Assembly: GCA_965662845.1 (NCBI GenBank)
Contig: CBFIJD010000031.1
Location: forward strand, 19,266 to 38,945
DNA length: 19,680 nt
Reading direction: 5' to 3'
DNA from: an uncultured bacterium
Lineage (GTDB): Bacteria; SAR324; NAC60-12
Shown: positions 10,624-19,500 of the stretch, in pieces
Layout of the letters: each line of letters opens with the position of its first letter
Position numbering within the stretch: the stretch's first letter is position 1
Notes under the pieces: generated by a model
The model's input: only the letters and a program-made list of their open reading frames with translations
Database searches by the model: none
Told to the model about the DNA's origin: nothing
Translations under genes and position numbers: made by a program

Positions 10624-10750
10624 CGCACCCAAAAGCGCTGATTTTTGCTTGTCAGCGCTCTCAGAATGATCCACGGTTTTGAGCCTTTCACCATGCACTG
10701 CGACCACGCAGATCTCTTCTCTCACTGCACACCTTCCGCTCCGCAACGCC

Positions 10751-11851
10751 ATGGGCAACATCATCAAGGTTGACTTCACCCGCCGCTGGTCGCAATCCCT
10801 TGACCAGCTCATCGAACGCAACCTCAAGGCTGAGACCTTCCCCGGTGTCGAGATCCTGTTTGCGCATGGCGAAGAGATCTTGTTGCACAAGACGTGGGGA
10901 CGCCAAGAGGCGGGCTCCGACAAACCAATGGGGCTGAACACGGTCTTTGACATTGCGTCGATCACCAAACCTGTCGCCACCGCCGCGTTGATTCTGCTGC
11001 TGCAAGAGCAAGGCATGCTGGACTTGGAAGAGCCTGTGGCCGAATTTCTACCCGCGTTTGGCAGCGGAGACAAATCGCGCATCACCCTCCGCCACTTGCT
11101 CACACACACCTCCGGCTTGCCGGCGTGGAGCAACCTGCATCTCAGCCCAACGCTGGAGCAAGCTCGGCAGCGGCTGTATCACACAGAGCTAGAGACCCCT
11201 GTCTCTGCCGTCACGCGCTACAGCTGCCTGAATTATCTGCTGCTCGGCGACATCATCCGCAACATCACCGGCAGCAGCTTGTCCCGTTTTTTTGAGCACA
11301 GCCTCGCCGAGCCCATGCAGCTGCGGCACACTCTCTTTTCACCAGCCAAACGCTGGAAAGACCTGAGCCACCTCGCGCCCACGCAATATTGCCCGTGGCG
11401 CAAACAGCTGCTGCGGGGCGTGGTGCATGATGAAAACTGCTTTTTCTTTCAAGAGGAAGGCGGCAACGCAGGGCTCTTCTCCACCGCCCATGACCTGTTC
11501 CGCTATTGCTGTATGCTGCTCAACGATGGAGAGCTGGAGGGCGTGCCCATCCTTTCGCCGCAGTCTGTGCAACAGATGCTGCACAACCAGAACCAGCCCC
11601 ATCAGCTCCCCCGCAGCATCGGCTGGGACATGAAAGACACCTCCCAGGGCTACTGGAGCTGTGGAACGCTCTTCCCACCGGGCTCTGTGGGACACACCGG
11701 CTTCACCGGCACCTCACTGTGGTTTGATCCGCTGGATCAGTGGATTGTCATTGTCTTAACCAACCGCGTACACCTCTCCAGAGACACCAATCAAGGGGCC
11801 ATGAAGCGCTTCCGTCCGCGCCTGCACAACCTGCTGTTGTCTATGGTCTAG
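10751..11851 (+). CDS. Serine hydrolase, beta-lactamase class C / AmiE-like family
   Basis: FDIASITK (SxxK), LLTHTSGL, RYSCLNY (Y-S-x), GVVHDEN, GNAGLFST, GHTGFTGTSLWFDP, LTNRVH. ATG at 10751; no signal peptide evident. Confidence 0.88.
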   Translation: MGNIIKVDFTRRWSQSLDQLIERNLKAETFPGVEILFAHGEEILLHKTWGRQEAGSDKPMGLNTVFDIASITKPVATAALILLLQEQGMLDLEEPVAEFLPAFGSGDKSRITLRHLLTHTSGLPAWSNLHLSPTLEQARQRLYHTELETPVSAVTRYSCLNYLLLGDIIRNITGSSLSRFFEHSLAEPMQLRHTLFSPAKRWKDLSHLAPTQYCPWRKQLLRGVVHDENCFFFQEEGGNAGLFSTAHDLFRYCCMLLNDGELEGVPILSPQSVQQMLHNQNQPHQLPRSIGWDMKDTSQGYWSCGTLFPPGSVGHTGFTGTSLWFDPLDQWIVIVLTNRVHLSRDTNQGAMKRFRPRLHNLLLSMV

Positions 11852-11973
11852 CCGGCACATCCCGAAAACGTGAGAAAAGAAACACAAAAAACATTTTGCG
11901 CTGCGGCGAGTTGATCTGTTAGGTTAATGTAACATTCTTACGAACCTGCTGACCTCTCGCCGGAGATCTGTTC

Positions 11974-12375
11974 ATGAACAAATTCGTCAAAGCCGAACAC
12001 AGCCGCGGTATCCTGCATGAGTTCACAGACTCCTCTACCCTCGAGTCGAACCTAGAGGGCGCCATCCTCGAATACGCCATCAACACCTTCCCCTTTGCTG
12101 ACGCTTTTGAGTTTTTTCCTGGACTCGAAGAAGAAGATTGCCGCGACACGCTGACCGAGCTGGTCCAAAACGGCGGCATCAAGGTAGGGTTTTACTATGA
12201 AGAGATGCAGGACAGCCTCACGCTGTTCTACTTCTTGCGGGTGCATGACCAAACCCACGTTGTGCTTGGCCTCGACCCCGATCGCGTTCAAGTCGCGATT
12301 GATGAAGACTTCGATGGGGTGTTTCGCCTCGACGAAGAGCAATACATCGAGCTGCTGCAAATTCCCCTCTGCTGA
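11974..12375 (+). CDS. Hypothetical acidic protein, 133 aa
   Basis: ATG with GGAG upstream, natural-looking D/E-rich globular composition, fills the intergenic gap. No family recognised. Confidence 0.7.
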   Translation: MNKFVKAEHSRGILHEFTDSSTLESNLEGAILEYAINTFPFADAFEFFPGLEEEDCRDTLTELVQNGGIKVGFYYEEMQDSLTLFYFLRVHDQTHVVLGLDPDRVQVAIDEDFDGVFRLDEEQYIELLQIPLC

Positions 12376-12449
12376 AGGCGCAGAAGCCCCTGCCGACTTC
12401 TCTTCGCCCCTTCTTCACCACGCACCGTTCTCCATACCTGAGTCTTCCC

Positions 12450-12818
12450 ATGATACTAATGAATCCCATTGGTCGCTTCCGCGCCATCGGTTTGCTGGAA
12501 GGAGCCTCGTACGTCCTCTTACTTTTTGTCGCGATGCCGCTGAAATACGGTCTCGGCTTCGACCTCGCTGTCCGCTACGTCGGCATGGCGCACGGCATCT
12601 TGTTCCTCGCTTACTGCGGGCTGCTCTGGCACACGCGCACCCCCGCCAACTGGTCTCTCTGGCGAAGCGGACAGCTGTTCGTGGTCTCGCTGGTTCCCTT
12701 CGGCAATTTTCTCGTCGACAAGGGCCTCAAACGCGAGGAGCAAGCGTGGAAGCAGCAACACACCTCGACCTCTTCCCCGTCGACGCCGGCCAACACTCCC
12801 GCCACCGCTGCCGACTAA
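12450..12818 (+). CDS. DUF3817-family small membrane protein
   Basis: RFRAIGLLEGASYVLLLFVAMPLKY...GMAHGILFLAY...SLVPFG pattern. Start may be ATG 12459. Confidence 0.8.
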   Translation: MILMNPIGRFRAIGLLEGASYVLLLFVAMPLKYGLGFDLAVRYVGMAHGILFLAYCGLLWHTRTPANWSLWRSGQLFVVSLVPFGNFLVDKGLKREEQAWKQQHTSTSSPSTPANTPATAAD

Positions 12819-12824
12819 GCGCCC

Positions 12825-15800
12825 TCAGATGTCCGCTGAAGCCTCTGCCTCAGCGCGCACAGGTGGAAGCGGCGTCCAATCCTCTTCCGCCGCCTCATTC
12901 GTGGGCTGCCCTGCTCCCGAGCCAAATATCCAGCGAAAACCCGAGCCGATGTCGTTGAGGACTAAGTAATTGACGGGCACCACCAGCAGCGTTGTGAACG
13001 TCGCCAGCAGCACTCCGAACCCAAGAGAGACCGCCATCGGGATCAGGAACTGCGCCTGCGTGCTCTTCTCAAAAATCAGCGGCATCAACCCTGCGAAGGT
13101 CGTCAATGAGGTCAGCAGCACCGGGCGGAAGCGCGCGACGCCAGCGGTGTTCACCGCGTCCCACAGCTCCATACCTTGCTCTCGGCGCATGCGGTTGATG
13201 TAGTCCACCAGCACCAAGCTGTCGTTCACAACCACACCTGTCAGCGCCAAGATCCCCATGATGCTCATGATCGTCAGATCCAAGTCCATGATCCAGTGTC
13301 CCACAACCGCGCCCAGCGCGCCGAAGGGGATCGCCGTCATCACAATCAGCGGCTGCGTGTATGACTTGAAAGGAATCGCCAGCAGCGCGTAGATCACAAA
13401 CAACACGCCGATCAACCCATAGAACAACGTCTGGAACGACTCCCGCTGCTCGCGGGCTTCGCCTTCCAGTGAGAAGCTCACTCCCGGATAGAACCGCGCC
13501 ACCTCTTCCGTGAAGGTCCGCAAGTCGGCTTTGATCGCCTCGACGTTGGCCTGCTCTTTGTTGAGGTCGGCGGTCACATTCAGCGTACGCTTGCGGTCAA
13601 TCCGTGTGATCGACGATGGCGTGCGCCCTGGCTCCAGAGAAGCGACCTCTGCGAAGGGGACCGCCGCGCCGCTCTGCAAGCGAATCATCATGCTGTTGAG
13701 CGCTTCCAACGACTCCCGCTCGCTCTGTGGATAGCGCAAGACCACATCCACCTCATCGCGCCCCCGCTGAATGCGCTGCACGGTGATCCCAAAGAACCCC
13801 TCACGCACCTGACGTGCTAAGTCGTCCAGCCGCACCCCCAGCGTCTGGGCTTCTGGGCGGAGCCGCAGCTGCAGCTCTTCTTTGCCGTCAGAGAGGCTGT
13901 CTTGAATATCAAACACGGCGGGATAGGTGCGGAGTCGAGCCTTGATCTGCTCTGAGACCGCTTGCAGCTGCTCAAAGTCAGAGCCCACCAGCTGAATATC
14001 AATTGGGTCAGAGCTGCGCCCAATCTCTGCCCGGAAGTTGAGTTGTTCGGCCCCAGGGAGCGGCCCGATCGTCTGGCGCCACTCGCGCACCAAGTCGTTG
14101 CTGGTCACCTCCATTGTGCGGCGCTCTGGCGCTTCAATCTCAAACAGCACGCGCCCAATGTTGGTCTGTCCGCTGCTGCTTCCGCCCGTAGAGCCACTGG
14201 TAGAGAGGATGTTCAACACCACGCTCTTGCCTGTCTCGGGGTCGCGATACTTGTCCTGTAGCTGCAGCGCGGCGTCGGTCATGCGGTTGACGTAGCGATC
14301 CGTGATCGCAAACGGGGTCCCAGCGGGCATCACCAGCGTGGCGCGGGCGACTTCGCTCTGCACACGCGGGAAGAAGATGAAGCGCATCCAGCCGCTCATG
14401 ATCAACGCCACCAGCAGGATCGCGATGGTCACAAAAATCGAGAGCGTCAGGTAACGCTGCCCCAGCGCAGCCCGCAGCAGCGGTCGATAGAACCGGAACA
14501 CAAACGCTTCTAGGCCATCTGCGAACCACCGCTGGAACCGACCCAGCGTCGCGGTGAACTTATTCTCGCCTTGCAGGTGGACGTGCGCCAAGTGCGCCGG
14601 AAGAATCAGCTTGGACTCCACCAACGAGAAGAACAGCACAGGGATCACAATCAGCGGGATCTGCGCGAAGATGTCGCCACGCCGCCCCTCCACCAGCAGC
14701 AAAGGCACAAACGCCGCCATCGTCGTCAGCACCCCGAACGTCACCGGCACGGCGACCTCCGTCGTCCCTTTGATCGCCGCGTTCAGCGGGTTCTCGCCTC
14801 GGCGCAGGTGCGTATAGACGTTCTCGCCCGTCACAATCGCGTCATCGACCACAATCCCCAGCACCAAAATAAAGGCGAACAAGCTCACAATGTTGAGCGT
14901 CACGCCCAACTCGGGCATCAGCAAGGCGCTGCCCATGAAGCTGATCGGGATGCCCACACAGACCCACAGCGCGACCGAAGGGTGCAAGAACAAGCTGAGG
15001 AACAGCATCACCAGAAGGCCACCTTGCAGCGCGCTGTCGGTCAGCGTCTGCAGGCGCGCTTCGACGATCCGGGAGCGGTCACGCCAGTAGTCTAGCTTGA
15101 CGCTGGCAGGCAAGAGCGCCTGCTTCTCTGCAATGTATTGCTTCACGGCTTCGGCGACCCCAATCGCGCTCTGTTCTCCCACGCGATAGACCTCAATGGA
15201 GAGCGCGGGCTGACCATTGAAGCGCGTCAGAATCGGCGTCTCGTCAAAGTCGTCACGGATCGTGGCGATGTCCTTCAGCAGCAGGCGCGTCCCGTCGTTG
15301 CGGGTGAGCACCACCATCTCTTCAAAGTTTTGCTGATTGTACGCCTGCCCTTTGGTCCGAATCAGCACCTCGCCGCCGCCCGTTTTGATGCTGCCCGCCG
15401 ACAAGTCCAGAGACTGGCGCCGAATCGCCGCCGAGACGTCACTCAGCGTCAGGTTATATTCCCGCAGCACCCGCTCGGAGATCTCAATGCTCAGCTCATA
15501 CGGGCGCGCGCCCTCTAGCTCCACCTGCGTGACGTCCGGCAGGCCCTGCAGGTCTTCTTCTACTTGCATCGCCAAGGCGCGCAGCTCCCGCTCGGTCAAG
15601 GGCCCGGCAATGACCACGCTAATGACCTCCCGCTGGAAAGTCGGGATGCTCACCGCAGGGCGCTCCGCTTCGTCAGGGAGTGTCGTCAACCCTTCAACCC
15701 GAGTCGCGACGTCATCGCGCAGCTGCTTCAGATCAAACCCTTTCTCCAGCTCCACATCCACACGCGAGGAGCCTTCGGATGAGGTCGAGACGATCTCTTT

Positions 15801-16037
15801 GATGCCTTCCAGGTCTTGGATCGCTTCTTCAATGCGCACGGTCACGCCTTCTTCCACCTCAGCCGGCGTCGCCCCTGGAAATGAGGTCCGCACGGTCACA
15901 CGCTCCAGATCAATCGAAGGGAACACCTCCAGCGGCACTCGCTGCGTGAGCGAATAAAACCCACCGATTAAAATCGAAATCATCAACAAGTTCGCCGCGA
16001 CCGAGTTGCGGGAGAACCAAGCAATTGCTCCGTGCAT
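12825..16037 (-). CDS. RND efflux permease (AcrB/AcrD/AcrF family), 1070 aa
   Basis: NSVAANLLM, FPGATPAEVEEGVT..IEEA, GIVVDDAIV.GEN, RFRPVLLTSLTT, PMAVSLGFG; two large periplasmic loops. Confidence 0.95.
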   Translation of the reverse strand: MHGAIAWFSRNSVAANLLMISILIGGFYSLTQRVPLEVFPSIDLERVTVRTSFPGATPAEVEEGVTVRIEEAIQDLEGIKEIVSTSSEGSSRVDVELEKGFDLKQLRDDVATRVEGLTTLPDEAERPAVSIPTFQREVISVVIAGPLTERELRALAMQVEEDLQGLPDVTQVELEGARPYELSIEISERVLREYNLTLSDVSAAIRRQSLDLSAGSIKTGGGEVLIRTKGQAYNQQNFEEMVVLTRNDGTRLLLKDIATIRDDFDETPILTRFNGQPALSIEVYRVGEQSAIGVAEAVKQYIAEKQALLPASVKLDYWRDRSRIVEARLQTLTDSALQGGLLVMLFLSLFLHPSVALWVCVGIPISFMGSALLMPELGVTLNIVSLFAFILVLGIVVDDAIVTGENVYTHLRRGENPLNAAIKGTTEVAVPVTFGVLTTMAAFVPLLLVEGRRGDIFAQIPLIVIPVLFFSLVESKLILPAHLAHVHLQGENKFTATLGRFQRWFADGLEAFVFRFYRPLLRAALGQRYLTLSIFVTIAILLVALIMSGWMRFIFFPRVQSEVARATLVMPAGTPFAITDRYVNRMTDAALQLQDKYRDPETGKSVVLNILSTSGSTGGSSSGQTNIGRVLFEIEAPERRTMEVTSNDLVREWRQTIGPLPGAEQLNFRAEIGRSSDPIDIQLVGSDFEQLQAVSEQIKARLRTYPAVFDIQDSLSDGKEELQLRLRPEAQTLGVRLDDLARQVREGFFGITVQRIQRGRDEVDVVLRYPQSERESLEALNSMMIRLQSGAAVPFAEVASLEPGRTPSSITRIDRKRTLNVTADLNKEQANVEAIKADLRTFTEEVARFYPGVSFSLEGEAREQRESFQTLFYGLIGVLFVIYALLAIPFKSYTQPLIVMTAIPFGALGAVVGHWIMDLDLTIMSIMGILALTGVVVNDSLVLVDYINRMRREQGMELWDAVNTAGVARFRPVLLTSLTTFAGLMPLIFEKSTQAQFLIPMAVSLGFGVLLATFTTLLVVPVNYLVLNDIGSGFRWIFGSGAGQPTNEAAEEDWTPLPPVRAEAEASADI

Positions 16038-16130
16038 AAAGCCTCATACAAAATGAGAGAGGTTGTGTTCGTAAGGTCAGGTGTCTGAAGAGAACTCAAA
16101 GGCCCCCCTGAGCGCGTCGCGAGACCTAAC

Positions 16131-17462
16131 TCAGCGGGTGGCGGCGACTTTCTCGGGGGCCGACGCCTCGGAGGTCGGCGGCTGGTTGTTGGTCGCAGGC
16201 GCGGCGGGCTTCTCGTTTTGTGCGGAGCCGTCTCCTTGTTGCCCCCGTCCGGTGCGGCGCTCGCCGTCCGAGACCTCCTCCCGCGAGGGCTTCCCATCTA
16301 CAATCGCGTTGACTTCTGTCCCGCTCGGCAGCGAGCCCACAGGCGTGAGCGCCAGCAAGTCTCCGGCTTGGAGCCCTGCGCTCACGACCGCTTCGTCCGC
16401 GTTGCTCCAGAGCACGGTGATCGCTTTGCGCTGGAGTTTGCCGTCTTTGATCAGCACGACCTCATTCCCTTGATAAATCGCCGCGCGTGGAATCACGATC
16501 GCCTCTTTGAGCGACTGCCCTTCGATCTCCGCTTCCACGAATTGTCCCAGCTTGAGCGATGGTTTGCCGTCGTTTGCGTTTCGGTACGGGTTTGGGATCT
16601 GCGCGACGACAAAGAGCTGGCGGCTCTGCTCATCAAAGATGCCTTCTGTGCGTGTGATCCGCCCCTCCCACAGGTGAGACTGCTGGCCGGTGCGCGCCAC
16701 AAACTGCACCTTGGGGCCTTGGTTGTTGCTCGTGCCGCGATATTCTTCGGGCAACGCGACGTATTGCAGCTGCTGGCTGTGCAGCGGCAAGCGGACCTCC
16801 ACGTAGTCCACCGCGTAGAGCTGCGCGAGCTGGGCGCCGGTGCCAACAAACTGGCCCACGTCCACGTTCTTTCTCAACACACGCCCTGCGTATGGCGCGA
16901 CGATCTTTGTGCGCTCCAGGTTGCGCTTGGCTCTCTCAAGGCGGATGCGGTTGGCGTCAATCGCGGCGCGCGCGGCGTCCATCTGCGGTTTGCGCAGCAC
17001 GAGGTCGCTCGGCGTGCCGGCTTGCCCCAGCCGCGCCCAGTTGCGCAGGGCTTGCTCCGCGCGGGCCTCTTCTTCTTTCAGCGTCAGGTACGACTGCACC
17101 AGCGTCGTCTCGGCGATTTGGACTTCTGAGCGATAGTCCGTGGGGTCAATGCGCACCAGCGTCTCCCCTTTGCGGAAGAAGCCGCCCTCGCGAAAGTTCG
17201 GAGAGACCTCCACGATGTTCCCTGCGACCTGCGACACCAGCGCGCTCTCGGTCTGCGCTTGGATGGTGCCGTAGGTGTTGACGTTGATCTGATAGTCTTG
17301 GGGCTTGAGCGCCGTCGCTTCGACGGTCAACCGAGAGGCGGGCGCTTGCGGGCGGCGGTTCGGCTCGGCTTTGTTCTGAAGAATCGTGCGAGCGCCAAAG
17401 AAGCCCACGCCCAGCACCAACAGCGGCAGACCAACTTTGAGAGAGAGGCGTAACCAGCGCAT
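16131..17462 (-). CDS. RND periplasmic adaptor (membrane fusion protein), 443 aa
   Basis: N-terminal TM anchor, lipoyl halves SQVAGNIVEV..GGFFRKGETLVRID and IVAPYAGRV...VDVGQFVGTG, helical hairpin, IPRAAI. Lies between the OMF and the permease. Confidence 0.93.
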   Translation of the reverse strand: MRWLRLSLKVGLPLLVLGVGFFGARTILQNKAEPNRRPQAPASRLTVEATALKPQDYQINVNTYGTIQAQTESALVSQVAGNIVEVSPNFREGGFFRKGETLVRIDPTDYRSEVQIAETTLVQSYLTLKEEEARAEQALRNWARLGQAGTPSDLVLRKPQMDAARAAIDANRIRLERAKRNLERTKIVAPYAGRVLRKNVDVGQFVGTGAQLAQLYAVDYVEVRLPLHSQQLQYVALPEEYRGTSNNQGPKVQFVARTGQQSHLWEGRITRTEGIFDEQSRQLFVVAQIPNPYRNANDGKPSLKLGQFVEAEIEGQSLKEAIVIPRAAIYQGNEVVLIKDGKLQRKAITVLWSNADEAVVSAGLQAGDLLALTPVGSLPSGTEVNAIVDGKPSREEVSDGERRTGRGQQGDGSAQNEKPAAPATNNQPPTSEASAPEKVAATR

Positions 17463-17465
17463 AAC

Positions 17466-18881
17466 TTATCCTGCGTTTGGGGTTGACGAAGCGGGGGCGA
17501 AGTCTCCGCCCAGCGCCAAATAAAGTTGAATTCGGTTTTGCAAGCGCGCATTGCGGACCTGCAACAGCGAGCTTTGCGCGTCAAACGAGCGACGCTGTGC
17601 CTCCAGCACCGTGACGAAGTTGACCAATCCGGTCACATATTGTTCTTGCGCAAGCTCTTCTCCCGCCTGCGCTTCTTTGACCGCGATGCGGAGCGCCGCC
17701 TCTTGGCGCTCTAACAAATCCTCTGCCACCAAGGCCGACTCCACCTCTTGCAGCGCCGTCAGCAGCGCTTGGTTGTATTCTAGCGCCGCGATGCGGGTCT
17801 CCGCGTTGGCTTGCTCCAAATCGGCTTCCAGCGCAGTGCCGTTCCAGAGCGGCTGCGTCAGGTTCACGCCGAGCGACCAAATCACCGACTCAAGGTCGAG
17901 CAAGTTCTCCACCTCCTCTGCGCGCGAGCTCACCGAGGTGCTCAGGCTGAAGCGCGGATATTGCGCCTTATAGGCCGCCAGCGCTGTCTCATCTGCCGCC
18001 TTGAGGCGACGCTCGGCCGCCAGCAAGTCTGGGCGACGCTGCAACAGCTCCGACGGCAGGCCCGCCCCCGTGAACGCCGGCAACGCGGGCAGCTCCTCCC
18101 GAACCGCGAGCGCCGTCGTCGGCACCCGCCCAAGGAGCACCTCCAGCGCCTGAATCGCTCGGTCTCGCGTCAGCCGTTGCGCGGCCACGCGGCTCTGCTG
18201 CGAGGCCACATTCGAGCGCGCCAAGTGCACATCTAAGGCGCTGTTGAGGTTCAACCGAAAGCCCTCTTCCACGATCTCTAAGTTGTCTTGCAAATTGAAG
18301 AGACGGCGCTCCAACAAGCGCAGCTGCGCCTCCGCCTCGGCCGCGTTATACCAGCCCCGCGCAATGTTCGCCGCCAGCGCCAGCCGCGCAGAGACATACT
18401 CTTGGGCGCGGGCCGCCTCCGTCAACACCGCAGCGCGCTCTTGGTTCCCTAAGCGATCCCACAAATCCGCTTCCCACGACACCTGCATGTTGACGCTGTA
18501 GCTCCGAGTGGAGTCTCCCAGCTCCGGCGTCTTGGGGCTATAGGCATGATCCAGCGAAGTCCCTGCGCCCACCGATACGTCGGGGCGGTCGCTGACCCCC
18601 AACGCCTTGACCCGCGTCTGCGCAATCTTCACCCGCGAGGCCGCCACTTGCACATTCGGGCTCGCTTGCAGCGCCTCCGTCACCAACGACTCCAGCGTGG
18701 CGTCTTGAAACGTCTGCAACCACGGCTGCGCCGCAGCGGTCGCGACCACCTCACGGCTCCACGTCGCCGGAGCTACCTTTGGAACAGAAGACGGCTGAGG
18801 CTCAGAGAGCGAGCTGCAGCCCGCGCACAGCAGCAGACAGCCGCCCAGCCAGAGAGGTCGAGAACGTAAGCGCACGCACAC
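17466..18881 (-). CDS. RND outer membrane factor lipoprotein (NodT/OprM/TolC family), 471 aa
   Basis: Lipobox LLCAGC, W...FQDATLESLVTEAL..SP, SWEADLW, GLPSELLQRRPDL, LYLALGG. GTG start with GGAG RBS. Confidence 0.93.
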   Translation of the reverse strand: MCVRLRSRPLWLGGCLLLCAGCSSLSEPQPSSVPKVAPATWSREVVATAAAQPWLQTFQDATLESLVTEALQASPNVQVAASRVKIAQTRVKALGVSDRPDVSVGAGTSLDHAYSPKTPELGDSTRSYSVNMQVSWEADLWDRLGNQERAAVLTEAARAQEYVSARLALAANIARGWYNAAEAEAQLRLLERRLFNLQDNLEIVEEGFRLNLNSALDVHLARSNVASQQSRVAAQRLTRDRAIQALEVLLGRVPTTALAVREELPALPAFTGAGLPSELLQRRPDLLAAERRLKAADETALAAYKAQYPRFSLSTSVSSRAEEVENLLDLESVIWSLGVNLTQPLWNGTALEADLEQANAETRIAALEYNQALLTALQEVESALVAEDLLERQEAALRIAVKEAQAGEELAQEQYVTGLVNFVTVLEAQRRSFDAQSSLLQVRNARLQNRIQLYLALGGDFAPASSTPNAG

Positions 18882-19072
18882 TCCAAAAGAAAATTATCAA
18901 AAAATTTGCGAAAGTCGTTGAAGGCACAACAGATCTTGGCGCTCTTGCGCCCCCTCGCGACCATTTTGCAAATTCAGTGCACGGCTACTGTCGCAGAACA
19001 TTGTGGAGAAACTGTGGAGGGCCCTGTGTGCCCGGATGTTGGGTGCCCGTTGGCCACGTTTTGTCCCGAATC

Positions 19073-19104
19073 CGTAGGGGCAACCACGGGGGGTTGCCCC
19101 TACG
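19073..19104. repeat. GTAG-type REP-like palindrome 1
   Basis: CGTAGGGGCAACC-ACGGGG-GGTTGCCCCTACG: perfect 13-bp stem with a 6-nt loop and GTAG/CTAC ends. Confidence 0.8.
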
Positions 19105-19120
19105 ATGACCGTCGTCAGAA

Positions 19121-19165
19121 CGAAAAACGTCGGTAAGGGCGAAAAACGTCGGTAGGGGCGAAAAA
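19121..19165 (+). repeat. 19-bp tandem direct repeat, about 2.4 copies
   Basis: CGAAAAACGTCGGTAAGGG (19121-19139), CGAAAAACGTCGGTAGGGG (19140-19158), CGAAAAA (19159-19165); one mismatch between the full copies. Confidence 0.85.
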
Positions 19166-19179
19166 TCTTTCGCCCCTAC
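19152..19179. repeat. GTAG-type REP-like palindrome 2
   Basis: GTAGGGGCGAAA-AATC-TTTCGCCCCTAC: perfect 12-bp stem sharing GTAGGGGC/GCCCCTAC ends with palindrome 1. Confidence 0.8.
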
Positions 19180-19427
19180 TGGGTCGGAGATGAACGTGAT
19201 CGTGGCTGCCCGGAAATCAGGGCAGGCAGAGGCGTTTGGGTGAGAAGAGAGGGAAGGAGGACGATCACTGGAGGCCGACTTACCGCAAGCTCGGCGCGAT
19301 GAGCCGGAGAGCAATGGTCGCTAATCGTGGCTAGGGTGCACTTGTCAGTTGAGGGACTATGGAAAGGATGATGAAACGCCATCTGCATGACTTTCGTCAT
19401 CTTATGAAATGTGAAGTACATTTTTGC

Positions 19428-19455
19428 TTGACAAGATATTTTTGTGCAATAGGAT
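19428..19455 (+). promoter_or_regulatory. Sigma70-like promoter for the downstream lipoprotein gene
   Basis: TTGACA (19428-19433), 16-nt spacer, TAGGAT (19450-19455), in AT-rich DNA 45 nt upstream of ATG 19501. Confidence 0.6.
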
Positions 19456-19500
19456 GAAAATTCATTTCACTTTTTACAACAAAACAATAGAGAGCAATAT

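Noticed and set aside
10751..11851. Antibiotic-resistance beta-lactamase
   Set aside because: No signal peptide, YSC instead of YxN and HTG instead of KTG; more consistent with the esterase/amidase members of the family.
19073..19179. CRISPR array or rho-independent terminators
   Set aside because: No identical repeats with unique spacers and no cas genes. The hairpins lack U-tracts and lie between divergent gene starts, not after stop codons.
18906..19421. ORFs 18906-19136, 18985-19314 and 19176-19421
   Set aside because: They run through palindromic repeats and promoter DNA and have no protein-like features.
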